Source of the DNA: Eledone cirrhosa
Taxonomy: Eukaryota
Direction of reading: 5' to 3'
Length of the DNA stretch: 64,000 bases
Assembly: GCA_964016885.1 (NCBI GenBank)
Contig: OZ024757.1
Location: 27,218,001-27,282,000 of the forward strand
The translations under genes were made by a program, and so were the position numbers. Below the pieces are notes generated by a model. That model was not told the DNA's origin, did not search any database, and was given only the letters and a program-made list of their open reading frames with translations. This document shows, one piece after another, positions 48,201 through 61,695 of the stretch (within the stretch, counting starts at the first letter, position 1; each line of letters opens with the position of its first letter).

Positions 48201-50249
48201 TATAGTGCATGGTAAGCAGCAGAAATTTGTGTGGGATAAGGGTAGGGATGAGGATAGCACGACAAGTAATTAAAAAATGGAACTTGGTAAAGTTCTCCCT
48301 TTCGGTGTGTGTGAATGTGTCTGGCTTAGAAAAGGTACACTGTATTCCTGCATGTTGTAAGAATTAGTTAACCCTTTAGCATTTAAACCAGTCGTATCTG
48401 GCCAGAATTTTCTCACCACTTTCTGTTCAAACCGGCCATAGCTGGATGCTCATACTGACGTTAAGGTATTGTTTTCAAAATAAATAATAACAAAATCTCA
48501 TAGATTATGTGAGATATTATGTAAGATAAAGCATTTACTGGGAAAATACAATAGTATATATAGAGAAATGTAAATATTTAGAGTAATGTAAATGCTAAAG
48601 GGTTAAACGGAAAATGGTTGGATAAAGTAGTAGAGTTTTTGAAGTTAGGTTTTCAAACAATTTGTGTATTCAATAGAAAAACATTTACTTGGAGGAGTTA
48701 GGGATATGTGTGTGGTTAGAGAGAGAAAGGTGGTGTATGAGGAGTGGGTGGAACAGTAGCTTGGATTGGGATGGAGTAGAGGGTGGTGAGAAGACAATTT
48801 TAGCTCTTTGGGGGCTTCCACAAGTGGTTGCATGAAAGGTAGGGTGCAGGATGGTGGTTGGGCATGGTGGTGGGGTTCTTGGTTGTAACTGGTGTCTTAT
48901 GGAACTTAGCTTGCCTCATGTACTGCTAGGGTGGAGTGGGTATGCTGAAGTGTTGTTGTTGTCATTGTAGTTAAGTGGTGGTGGTGGGGAGTCAGGGATG
49001 GGGTGGATTAGGGTGTGTTCTATCAGCCCCAACTCACCATTCAAACACCACCACTACTACCACCCCAACTCAGCTATTGTATATGTAACAAGGGCAGGTT
49101 GGATTAAGGAGTCCTGGGAGAAGAGAGAAAGAAACACACACACAATATATATATATATATATAAAACATAAGCACATAGCTTGAGAAAGGGAAATGCTGT
49201 TGGGATCTGCAGGATGAGAGGGAGGAGGGGGTGATGGTTATAGGATGGGGGCGGGCAGGGCAAGTGTGTAGTGGAGGTGGCAGCAGTGGTGGTGGTGGTA
49301 GGTAGTATAAGGAGAAAATGATGTTTCACTTGCAAGCGGTTGTAAATTATAATAATAATAATAATAATAATAATAAGTGGTGTAGGTTTCATGTCTTGGC
49401 ACCATTCATTGGTGTCAACGTTAAATGGATTGGAAGTAACAGGACAAAAGCAAAACATCATATATATAGGAAAAATAAAAATAACAAGAACAATAATAAT
49501 AATGTTTCTACTTTTGGCACAAGGCCAGCAATTACCTCAGTGCATTACTGGTACTTTATTTTATCGACTTTCCCCTCCCACAAAGTTGTTGGCCTTGTGC
49601 CTCAATCAGAAACCATAATGATAATAATTGTTTCTACTTTAGGCACAAGGCCAGCAATTACCCAGTGCATTACTGGTACTTTATTTTATCGACCCCGTAT
49701 GGATGAAAGGCAAAGTCAACCTCGGCGGGATTTGAACTCAATAATGATTTCTAGTATAGGCACAAGGCCAGCAATTTGGGGGGGGGGGGGGAGTCGATTA
49801 AATCGACTCCAGTGCATTACTGGTACTTTATTTTATCAACCCTGTAAGAATGAAAGGCAAAGCTAACATGTATATATTGCCACGAAAAAAGGCCATAATA
49901 AAAATCGCAGAAAATATTTACAATCCTGCTAATATACGGTGGTTTCAATGAACAATTATTAGTTAGGTTGTATGGAAAATTTTGCGAATGCCATAGGGGT
50001 TACACTGTATATATGTGTGTGTACATATATAGTAATTTCAAACAGTGTCCAAAGGCTACAAATTTTAATGGTGAGAAGGAGTGATAGATATAGTCAATCA
50101 AATTAATTCTCTATTATTTGACTGGTATTATATATCACAGTCCCCTTCCCACAGAATGATTGAAAGTTAAAGTTGACCTCAGTTCACTACCTTAACATGT
50201 TAAGCCTAACACATTTCACATGTATGGGAATTGGTGAAGCTGAGGCTAA

Positions 50250-50615
50250 ACTAGAAGACAATTTGAGCCAGGTACCAGCTGTTAGACAACAATTTGACAC
50301 AGGTCTCAGCTGATAGAAGACAATTTAACTCATGTGTCAGCTGCTGGAAGACAATTTGACTCGAGTCTTAGCTGCTAGGAGATAATTTGACCCAGATGTC
50401 TCCTGCTAGAAGACAATTAACCTCAGGTGTCAGTGACTAGAAGACAATTTAAACTGGATCTCAGTTACTAGAAGACAATTTGATCCATGTGTCTTCTGCT
50501 AGAAGACAATATGACCCAGATCTCAGCTGTTAGAAGACAATTTGGCCCAGGTGTCTCCTGGTAGAAGAAAATTTATCCCAGGTGCCTGTTGCTCAGTGGG
50601 ATTGAACCTGGAATC
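50250..50615 (+). repeat. 31-bp minisatellite (about 11 units) ending in an antisense SINE B-box
   Basis: Unit about CTAGAAGACAATTTGACCCAGGTGTCAGCTG; terminal CAGTGGGATTGAACCTGG. Confidence 0.85.
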
Positions 50616-50825
50616 AAACTTCCTAAGTAAATATAGAGAGACAATATAATTTTATCTCTATATCCAACATAACTGTCTCATCAGTCAGTGACTTACATAT
50701 ATATAACCTACACTATCTCCCTCTTTCTCTCTAACCTACATACACTATCTCTCTCTCTCTCTCTCTCTAACCTACATACACTATCTCTCTCTCTCTCTCT
50801 CTCTCTCTCTAACCTACATACACTA

Positions 50826-50874
<49 letters not shown>

Positions 50875-50964
50875 GTTATATATATATATATATATACACA
50901 CATATATATAACCTACACTATCTCCCTCTTTCTCTCTAATCTACATACACTATCTCTCCATCCA

Positions 50965-50996
<32 letters not shown>

Positions 50997-52590
50997 CACA
51001 CATACGTACACGCACACACACATATATAACCTACACTATCTCTCTATCACTCTTTCCCCTGCTCTCTCTCTCTGTAATCTATAATATGTTAAATGATTGT
51101 GTTGCTTTGTTTGTTCAATATTTTCTATTTAACATATATTTAATACACACACACATGCACATATATATATATTGTCTTAGTCTCTATCTCAATAAATCAT
51201 CCATTAAACCTATAAATATTTCTTTTATCTCCAATATTTGATTAAAATGCAGTTAAGAGTTTGACTTGTTTTTTTGTGTGTGTGCGCACACACGTGTCTG
51301 TAGGGGTGGAGAAAAGGAGATTTTGTGGGAGATAGATAGATAGATCGAGAAAGATAGAGAGAGAGAAAGAGAGAGATGGTATGTCTCTATATAATCTATT
51401 TTAAGATATCTCACTCTATTTTTACCTGGTATAGGGTTCCTTTTTTTTTTTTATAACATATGTATTCTTATCAGTTCAAAATTTTACTTCTTATCAATAA
51501 AAATAATTTTTTTTTTTTTTTTTAGTCATATAAAATGCAGTAAACATTATAAATATAGGGTCTATAATATGTGTAAGGCTAAACAGACAAATTATATGAA
51601 ACCAAGAGTAGGGGCTATGAAGGTATATAATAAACATAGATTAACCCTTTACCATTTACATTACTCTATATTTACTATTGTATTTTCATTGTAAACACTT
51701 TATTTCACATAATTATCTCACATAATATCGAATCTATGAGAGTTTGATATTATATATTTTGAGAACAATACCTTAACATAAGTATGAGCAGCCAATTATG
51801 GCCAGTTTAAATACTGAAGTGTTAATGAAATATGAAATAAGTATAACATTATTATAAAATACACGATAATTAACAAAAGATATAAAACAAAAACATATTG
51901 ACCTCATAAGTATGAAAGGCAAAGCTAACCTCGGTAGGTTTTGAACTCAGAACATAAAGGGACGTAACTATATGCTGCAAAGCCTATTGTCCATATTCTA
52001 CTGATACTGCCAATCCACCATAAAGATAATGGTTTCAGATTTAGGCACAAAGCCAGTAATTTTGTGGGAGGGGAAAGTCGATTAAATTGACCATAGTGTG
52101 TTACTGGTACCTTATTTTATCGACCTTGTAAGGAGGAAAGGCGAAGCTAACCATGGCAGGATTTGAACTCAGAACACAAGGGGCCGTATCTCTATGCCAT
52201 GAAGCAGAGTATCCGACACTTTACCAATACTGCCAATCCACCAACAGTAGTTTCTTTATTAACTCCAAAGGACATTACAATACCAGTGTGGTGGTGGTGG
52301 TGGTCATCGCTGTTCTGAGAATAACAATGACACCAAAGACAAGAAGTAAAGAAGAGGATGTGAGATGTGTTTTATTGCATCATTCAAATATTAGATTGCC
52401 TTTTTTCCTTCTTTCTTTCCTTTGACCCAATTTGGTTTCCCTCCCACCCCTCTTACCATCTTCACTCCTCACCAATCACTTTCAATATTTATCTGCGATT
52501 CCCATCACCTTTCACTGCAGATTCCTTTCTTAATATGTGTAGATACATATATATATGTGCATGTGTATGTATGTATGTATATATATATAT

Positions 52591-53235
52591 ATCATCATCA
52601 TCAACGTTTAACGTCCGTGTTCCACGCTTGCATGGGTTTGGACGGGGGTATTCCCACTTGAGGCAAGAGTGATTGTCTTGCTCGCATAGGACTGTCTGGC
52701 AGGTTTTCTACAGTTGGATGCCCTTCCTAACACCAACCACATTTACAGTGTGGGTCTGGGAGGTTTTTACCGTGTTGCCTACACGGCCACATTACAGCGT
52801 GGACTGTGTGTTTTTTTGTCGTGACACCTACACGATCTCATTTGTTTCGGCCTGGATGTTGTGGCACCAACATAACTTTACATAGGAGGGGGTTGTGTGG
52901 ATGGGGTGTGGGTGGTGGGACGGGGGTGTATTTTGTTAGAGATGCCTACTGGCTGTAGTAGGTTTTACTATGTATTTAGGTAAGGCGGGTCTTCTCTATT
53001 ACTGAGTACCGCCAAAGGTCTCGGTCCAGTGACATTGTCTTGGAGAGGTGTAAGTGTGTGAGGTCGGAGTTTATCAGCTCGTCCCAGGTTTTTCTAGGTC
53101 TGCCTATTCCGTGGCTACCGTCTATCTTTATTGCCCTGCACTTTGTTATACAGCTATCGACTTTCATGCGCATCACGTGTCCGTACCAACGTAGCCTTCT
53201 CTCGAGTAAACAACATCTGATCCCTCTTATTTCTA

Positions 53236-53240
<5 letters not shown>
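52591..53240 (-). mobile_element. Short 5'-truncated RTE-A copy
   Basis: C-terminal ORF end + 3' UTR + (GAT)n; both ends in (TA)n. Confidence 0.92.
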
Positions 53241-53276
<36 letters not shown>

Positions 53277-53280
<4 letters not shown>

Positions 53281-53606
53281 AGTCCCTGGTATTCGTGGGG
53301 TTACACTCCTAGAGCAACCGCGAAAATTGGACGTAGTCCATAAAAATGCCTAGAAGCGTAAAAATATAATAAAAAATGAGGGACCGCCTTATGCAAAAGG
53401 GGTGTCCAATAGGCCAGCAAATATCATATTGTCATTAATAATTTAGCGTTAAAACATATATTTTGACACAAAAAGAGTCATTAAAAAATTGCAGAAGATA
53501 TTTACGATTCCGCGAAGATGCGGTGGTTTCCATGAACAATTATTAATTAGGTTCTTATGAAAATTTCGCGAATAACTGGGACCGCAAATGCCGAGGGTAC
53601 ACTCTA
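53277..53606. mobile_element. Tc1/mariner (Tigger-like) MITE
   Basis: Imperfect TIRs CAATAGTCCCT.GGTATTCGTGG / CCGCAAATGCCGAGGGTACACTC, TA flanks. Confidence 0.6.
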
Positions 53607-53682
53607 TATGTATGTGTGTATATATATATATATACACACAGCAGGGAAAAGCAGATGTAAAATGATGATGATGCTGATGATG

Positions 53683-53716
<34 letters not shown>

Positions 53717-54865
53717 GTATATGTATGTATATGTCTGTGATTGGAAAGGAAACCAATCACACACACACACACACACTACTTCAAGTATAGGTCATATTGT
53801 TTCTCAACAGTTTACCATTCTCTATAGTGGCACCTAAGATTAAGCATGATTATTAGATGCCATAGAAAGGCAAAGTTTTGAGGGTATTCTGTAGTTGTTA
53901 TATTAAATGTGGGATTTTGAAAGCTGAGGATAGCAAGACAAGTGATTCAAAAATGGAACTTTGTAAAGTTCTCGTTTTCGGTGTGTGTGAATGTGTCTGG
54001 CTTAGAAAAGGTACACTGTATCCCTGCATGTTGTAAAAATCAGTTAACCCTTTAACATTTAAACCAGTCGTATCTGGCCAGAATTCCCTCACCTCTTTCT
54101 GTTCAAACTGGCTGTAACCAGCTGCTCATACTGAGGTTAAGGTATTGTTCTCAACATACGTAATATGAAAATCTCATAGATTCATTATTATTTGAGATAA
54201 TTTTGTGAGTTATAACCTTTACTATAAAAATCATCATCACCGTTTTACGTCCATTCTTCCACACTAGCATGGGTTAGACGGGTTGTCCTGTTGTGGGCAA
54301 CGCCAGGTCAAGTGACTATGTCTTGCTCATAGAGAACTGATTTTGGCTTGATTTCTACAGCTGGATGCCCTTCCTAACACCAACCTCATTTACAGTGAGT
54401 ACTGGGTGCTTTTTTTTACCGTGGCGCCTACACAACTGAAAATATAACAGTATATATAGAGTAATGTAAATACCAAAGGGTTAAAAGAGTTGGTGCCAGG
54501 AAAGGCACCCAGCTGTTATACCAGTATGGAATGGTTCATGTAAAAATGATGATGATGGTAGTATAATTGTAAATCTGAGCACTCGTAACGAGGACAGATG
54601 TTGGAAAAATGGAGCCACACAGATGCACGCTCAAATCTTTATGTCATTGGCTCTGCTGGGTCTCACCACAATTTCTGTGCAATAAGAAGAGGATTATTCA
54701 TCCCAGTGCACCATGGAAGACAACACAAGATGAACATTCTGTCTACCACTGCCACATACATAACACTGTCAATCATTTTTGGGAAGAGGGGAAATCATTT
54801 AAAACGACCCCAGTGCATATGTTACTGGTACTTTATTCTATTGACACCGTAGAGGGAGGAGAAGG

Positions 54866-54896
<31 letters not shown>

Positions 54897-56238
54897 GGAG
54901 GAGGAGGAGGAGGAGGAGGAGGAGAAGAAGAAGAGTTAAAGAGAAACAGGTAAAGGAAGAGAGAAAAACGAAAGAAAACAAAGAAAGAAGGAAAGCAGGT
55001 AAGGAAAGAGAAGGAAAGAAGGATAGAAAGAAAGAAAAAGCATAGAAAAGGAAAGAGAGAAGGACATGGAGGAAGAATGAAAGGAAAAAAAGGAAGAAAG
55101 AACGGAAGAGAAAAAGAAAGAAAGATGGTAAGAAGAGAGAGAGAGAGAGAGAGAGCTGAGTCAGGTGTTCTGTGGTAGGTAATTTGTTGTATATAATAAA
55201 CTCTGTGGAAAAGTGGTTGTTTTCTGGTTAAAATTACTACAAATAGACATTCCATCACGTTGCCCTTCAGTGCAACTGTCTGTCTCTCTTCACCTCTACT
55301 TGTCACCCCCTCTCTCTCACTATCTATCTATGTATTTGTCTATCTATCTATTTTCTCACTTTTACTATTTATCTATCTCTGTGTCTGTCTATATATCTAT
55401 ATCTATCTATCTATCTATCTATCTATCACTAAATTTAAAGCAAACCTATTACTTATGGTGAGCTACACTGATTGAGTGCTGATTAAGAGGTCAATAAGAT
55501 CAGATGCCGTTCCAGATTGTAGGTCAGTAGGTTCAAATCCCATGGGGGTAACTAGCCTATTGTGTTGTTCATATTATTGGTGTCCATTATAATTATTACT
55601 ACTACTAGGGCGGTGGATTGGCAGTATCGGTAGAGGGTCGGACGCCATGCTTTGACGCATAGAGTTATGGCCCTTGCCATTCTGAGTTAAAATCCCGCTG
55701 AGGTTAACTTTGCCTTTCATCCTTATGGGGTCGATAAAATAAAGTACCAGTAATACACTGGGTAATTGCTGGCCTTGTGCTAAAAGTAGAAACAATTATA
55801 ATTATTACTACTACTTAGCCCAATGTTTAACACAGCGAATAAGTAATCTTCAATTATGCACACACACAAGTGTGTGTGTGTAATGCATGAAATTGCATGC
55901 TAGAAGGTGGCTGAATCGATAAAAATGCAGTTGTATGTTCAGCTTATGTAACTTTTTCTGCTAATACTATATATATCATGTATCATATCATCATCATCAT
56001 CATTTTACGTCCGCTTTTTCCTGCTTGCAAGGGTGGGACGGGAACTGATTCTGGCTTGATTTCTACAGCTGGATGCCCTTCCTAACACCAACCTCATTTT
56101 ACAGTGAGTGCTGGATGCTTTTTTGCCGTGGCACCTGCACGACCACTTTGCAGTGGTATGATAAGGACCCCAGTCCCTATCATCTCATTTCTAATATATA
56201 TATATATATTTATGTAATAAACAGCATAAGGCAATTAT

Positions 56239-56296
56239 TCCATTTACCAGTGGTTTCTTAAAAGCAAAAAATTTTGCTTTCAATCATCAGAATGAA
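56239..56296 (-). ncRNA. Intact type I hammerhead ribozyme (left arm)
   Basis: Minus: TTCATT-CTGATGA-TTGAAAGCAA...TTGCTTTTAA-GAAA-CCACTGG-TA^AATGGA. Confidence 0.85.
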
Positions 56297-56372
56297 AAAA
56301 TCCTGGTCTGTTTATTGAATTTGGATTCTAAAAACTTATTGAATCCAAATTCAATAAACAGACCAGGATTTT

Positions 56373-56430
56373 TTCATTCTGATGATTGAAAGCAACATTT
56401 TTTGCTTTTAAGAAACCACTGGTAAATGGA
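56373..56430 (+). ncRNA. Intact type I hammerhead ribozyme (right arm)
   Basis: TTCATT-CTGATGA(56379)-TTGAAAGCAACATTTTTTGCTTTTAA-GAAA(56412)-CCACTGG-TA^(56424)AATGGA. Confidence 0.87.
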
Positions 56431-56533
56431 ATAATTGCCTTATGTTGTTTATTACATAACTATTAAGCTCTGTTACCTACATAGAGCACTCTTTTTTCCT
56501 GGACTTTTCCGACGGAATTACTTCACATATATT

Positions 56534-56595
<62 letters not shown>

Positions 56596-59497
56596 TTGTA
56601 AATTGTGGATCCATTGAAAATAAGATTAGGTATATCTAATGTATAAGGCAGTGAATTGGCAGGGTCATTAGAATGTCGGGTAGAATGCTTTATGGTACTC
56701 GTTCTAGCTCTCTGAGTTCAAATAACGCCTCGAAAGGATGAAAGGCAAAGTACTGGGGTCGATTCTTCATTTATCTGGAAGAAATCTGCTGTACTTAGGC
56801 CTAGAGCGGGATGGGCCCCGCCAGGCTTAAAATGCTCAAGAAAAGCCGTATGTCAATACAGCGCCTCTACAACTCTATCAGGAGTTACGGGATCATACCA
56901 TACCATATCTAACATATATATATGAATGCATGTATTTAAGTGAATACATATGTCTTAGTGGTTAGGGTGTGGTGAAAGTTGATTAAATTGACTCCAGTAA
57001 TTGACTGGTACTTTAATTTATCAAACTTGAAAAGATAAAAAACCAAAGTAGGCTAGCAGTGCTGGCTCCGTGTCTAAAGCCACAATTGGTCACTTAAATT
57101 CTTGCAGATTAAGGGACTGATCTTAGCATCTGTCCACTCAGCAATTGTTCTCAAAATAAATAATATCAAAATGTCATAGATTTGATATTATGAGAGATAA
57201 TTATGTAAGATAAAGTGTTTATTACAAAAATACAATCGTATATATAGAGTAATGCAAATGCTTCAGGGTTAAATAGCCACTCCAACTCGCAGAGCTCACT
57301 CCGGCAGATGGCCAACTCCGACCTGATAACAGTCAGTAGGGAGGTTGTTTAGGGACCAAAGAATACCAGAACTATCCACTTCTACAAGCTTTCTATCGGA
57401 AAGTAGCCGATACTTCAACAGTTTGTGATCTTCAGGTTGTTGGGCAGGCAATGGGCAATGATGCCTGGGTTTGTCTATATACAGCTAAACAGACTGAGCC
57501 AATTGTCAGTTAAATGTCCTGGCTACTGACACAGCACTCTATCAACAAGAGGTCAACAACTGCTGACCTCTCTATACAATTTAGTTATGTCTCTGTACAT
57601 TCCAAGTGTCAAGTCCTTTGCTTTTCACACTGTGGGAGGAAGAGATACTGAGAGGTTGGGGGGGAGGGAGGGAGGAAGCCATACTGAGAGGCGGAGAGAG
57701 GAAGGAGGGGAGGTGGTGGGGGAGGTCAATAAACTAATTAACAGCAATATAAATGTTGTTGATTTAAACAACTGTAGTGTAAATTTGTGGCAGTGTGCCA
57801 GTGTAAGGAATTATTAGCTGGTTGGCCAGTCTTCTTGCAGTGTTTGTTTAGTAACAGCCCTTTACATTCCTAGTTCAAATCCCGCTGAAGACAGATTTTC
57901 TTCTCATTCTTCCAGTGGCCAATAAAATAAAGTACCAGTCAAATACTAGGGTTGATTAATTGACTTTATCCTGTCTTCCAAATCGCTGGTTTAGTGCCTA
58001 AAATAGACACTATTATCATCATCATCATCAGAGCGGTGGTTTGGCAGCATCGGAAGAACATCAGAAAACATGCTTTGTGGCATATAGTTATGTTTCTTTA
58101 TGTTCCAGGTTCAAATCTTGCCATGGTTAGCTTTTCCTTTCATCCTTATGAAGTAGATAAAATAAAGTACCAGAGATGTACTGGGATTGATTTAATCAAC
58201 TTTCCCATACTCCAAAATCATTGGCCTTGTGCCTAAATTAATTTTGGGGGGAAGGGGAAAGTCGATTAAATCAACCCTACTGCATGACTGGTACTTTATT
58301 TTATCAACCCTGTAAAGATGAAAGGCAAAGTTAACCTCAGCAGGATTTGAACTCAGAACGTAAAGGGCTGTAACTATATGCCACAAAGTACGACGTCCAA
58401 CGCTTTAGGCACAAGGCCAATAATTTTGGAGAGAGGGGAATGTTGTTTAAACTGACCCCAGTGCATTACTGGTACTCTATTTTATCGACCCCGTAAAGAT
58501 GAAAGGGAAAGCTCACCTCGGTGAGACCTGATCTCAGAATGTAAAGAGTAAAAAAAGATATGCTTTAACAATTCTGCTAACCGACTGGCTTGGACCTGGT
58601 GCTTTATTGTTTTTCAGAGCTCATAGGGATGAAATAAATGCAAAGTAGACTTTGGCGGGATTTGAAATCAGAGAGCAGAGTGGGAACAAACACTGCAAGG
58701 TATTTAATTAATGCTCTAATGACTCAGCTAATTTATTGCCGGTGTAATAGACGTTAAAACAAAACGAGAAAAAAATTTTGCAAAAAAATAAATATACGAG
58801 TATCAAAAAAATACAGGTTTCAATGAGAATGTGTCTGTCTGTGTGTCTTTAAGAGCTTTTTTTTATTTTTTATTTTACTCTTCTTTTCTTTTCTGTTCCG
58901 ACGGGCGAAAAACTTGCAGAGTTTCCCAGGGAATTGTTTGAATAAAACAAAAAATGAACTGTGTTCACCATTGACTGAAACTTTGTTTTGTCTTTCTGAC
59001 AAATTTCGGAAATAGCATAAAACAGGTTCCACACACATACATACACAATATTGTGTGTGTGTGTATTTGTGTGAGTGCATGTGTATGTGTATGAATGTGT
59101 GTATGTTTGCATGTGTCTGTATGTGTGTGAGTGTATGTATGTCTGTGTGTGCATGTGTCTGCGTGTGTATGTGCATGTGTGTGTGTGAGCATGTATGTGT
59201 ATGTGTGTGAGTGTATGTGTGTAAGCGTCTGTCTGTATGTGTGTGAGCATGTGTGTGTGCATGTGTCTGTATGTGTCTGCGTGTGTGTGTGTGTGAATGT
59301 ATGTGTGCATGTACATGCGTAACATGTGTACATTTGGTAAAAAACATAAGCAGAAATTAAAGAATGTTTTTGTGAATACCACACATTCACACACATCTAT
59401 GTGTGAAAGTGTGGTGAAAATATAAGTAGCAATTACATAAGGTTTCATGAACATCATACACACATTTATCCATACACATATATCTGTGTGTGTGTGA

Positions 59498-59539
<42 letters not shown>

Positions 59540-60850
59540 TCACATGCACATATATACACACATAAAGTGCCTCAGCATGGCCGCAGTCAAATGATTGAAG
59601 CAGATGACAGAATAACCCCTATCCACACACACAAGTGTGTGAGTGTGTGTATATATTATATATATATATAAAGACTACAATAAAGTCATTTTCCACCACC
59701 TCGACTTTTTTCTCTCATCGTTGTTATATATATATAATAAATAATAAAGAAACCATTATTGCTGTTATTGTTCATTGTGGGGTGTGACTGTGGTGGTGAA
59801 CATCTAGAAGGAAGGAGTGGAGAAGTAAACAGCTGTGGGGGCTAAATGGATATGGATAAAATATGTATAGGGGTCTATATGATGATATGATCCCTCATAC
59901 CCTTTAGCATTTACATTACTCTATATTTACTATTATATTTTCATAGTAAAGGCTTTATCTCACATAATATCGAATCTATGAGATTTTGATATTATTTATT
60001 TTGAGAACAATACTATAACATCAGTATGAGCAGCTGGTTACAGTCATTTTGAACAGAAGGGCGAGAGTTTAAAAGCTAAACGGTTAAATGGCTTTGAGGG
60101 TGTAACCCAGTATTGTCACAGTTTCATGACTGAAACCAGTAAAAAAAAGAATAATAGAAAAATGTATTTCATAAGAAATATGGTAAACAAAACTGTTAAA
60201 CCGAGTGAGAGAATACTTCAATCACCCAGTGTGTAGTTGGGTGGTCAATAACCTTTCCTAATGGAAAACAGTGTCATGCCCCTGCATGACCACAGTCAAA
60301 TAGCTGAATCTACTAAAAGAAAAAAACTTCTTCTATATCGGGGTTTGCCAAATATTTTCAAATGCGGAACCTTTTTTGGTTCAGAAACTTTTGTCTAATA
60401 CTGTTATATGGTTATAATATAAATATACTCCTCTCCCTTTTTTTACGGAGCCCCAGACACTGCTTTGCAGAACCCGCGGAACCCACTTTGGGAACCACTA
60501 TTCTATGCCTTGCTTCTTCAACTTAAACTCTAGACATCCAGTAAATGATCTGCAAAACATATCTAAAAGCAGATTTGTTAATTCAAATGTCTACAGAATC
60601 TTTACTGGTGGACAGATTGTTGTGAAAATTTGCAATCTTATGATTTTGATGTTATATAGTTATTGTGCTATGAATGTCTTGCCAATGTGGTTTCATGTGG
60701 TATAGGACATTAAGAGTTAAGTAATCCGATCCAGGTCCTATTTATTGAAACTTACTCAACTGCAAACATTCAGAGCCCCACCCACTATTCCACACTGAAG
60801 ATTCACAACACACGCTTATATATTTTTTTCTTTTTCTCTTTTACTTACAG

Positions 60851-61000
60851 GCGGGCATTGATCTGCAAATGTTCAGCCTGGGCCACAATCGCCCCATAGT
60901 TCTTAACAATCTGGGAGGGTTTACAAAGGCCATTGGCACACTACTTTCCACCACCACCACCACCACCACTTCAGTAAAAACGTCAACCTCAGCCTCGTGA
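60851..61000 (+). CDS. Candidate terminal coding exon of an unidentified host gene
   Basis: Strong polypyrimidine tract + TTACAG acceptor, then a phase-0 open frame AGIDLQMFSLGHNRPIVLNNLGGFTKAIGTLLSTTTTTTTSVKTSTSAS*. No homology recognised. Confidence 0.35.
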   Translation, partial: AGIDLQMFSLGHNRPIVLNNLGGFTKAIGTLLSTTTTTTTSVKTSTSAS

Positions 61001-61695
61001 AAAAATTAATTTAAAAAAAAAAAAGTAACTGATAAGACCTGACCCACCCAGATCACAACTTTATGATAAAACTATATTATTGATAGTCATAAAACTACCT
61101 GCATGCTAGTTGTTAGTACCTGTATATTACAAGCTGTGAATGCCTTGTGGTATTTATTCTGGCTATCTGTGCTCTGAGTTCAAATCCCGCCATGGTCGTT
61201 AAAATAAAAGCGTACAATTCAGATAAGAGGACTGGTGGAATTGTTTGCAGTATCTATTCAGGTTCTGTGTTTCCCGAGTTCAAATACTGCCTTCCACCAC
61301 CACAAAAATGATATAATAGAACTATATAACTGTAGGCCATTAGCATTTACATTACTCTATATTTACAATTGTATTTTCACGGTAATAAGCGGACGTAAAA
61401 TGAAATGAAATGAATGATCCCATATAATACTGAATCTATGAAATTTTTATATTTATTTTGAGAACAATACTTTAACATCAGTATGAGCAACCAGTTATGA
61501 CCAGTTTGAACAGAAAGAGGTGAGAGAATTCTGGCCGAATACAGCCAGGTTAAATGCTAAATGGTTAAAACACAGAAGAAACCTCCTATAAGATGTAATT
61601 TCATGAACAGTTAGCTAAACCTACAAAATATGAGCAATACCAACAGCAAAGAGCATGTATATCACTGAGCAAGATTAATGTAACAGTATTTAGAC

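Larger units (their letters stand above)
56210..56459. repeat. About 120-bp-arm inverted repeat with 12-nt spacer
   Basis: Arms 56210-56328 and 56341-56459 with very few mismatches; abuts (TA)n. Confidence 0.95.

Noticed and set aside
54598-54852. 84-87 aa ORFs as a host exon
   Set aside because: No recognisable motif or convincing splice sites; the 3' part runs into SINE sequence.
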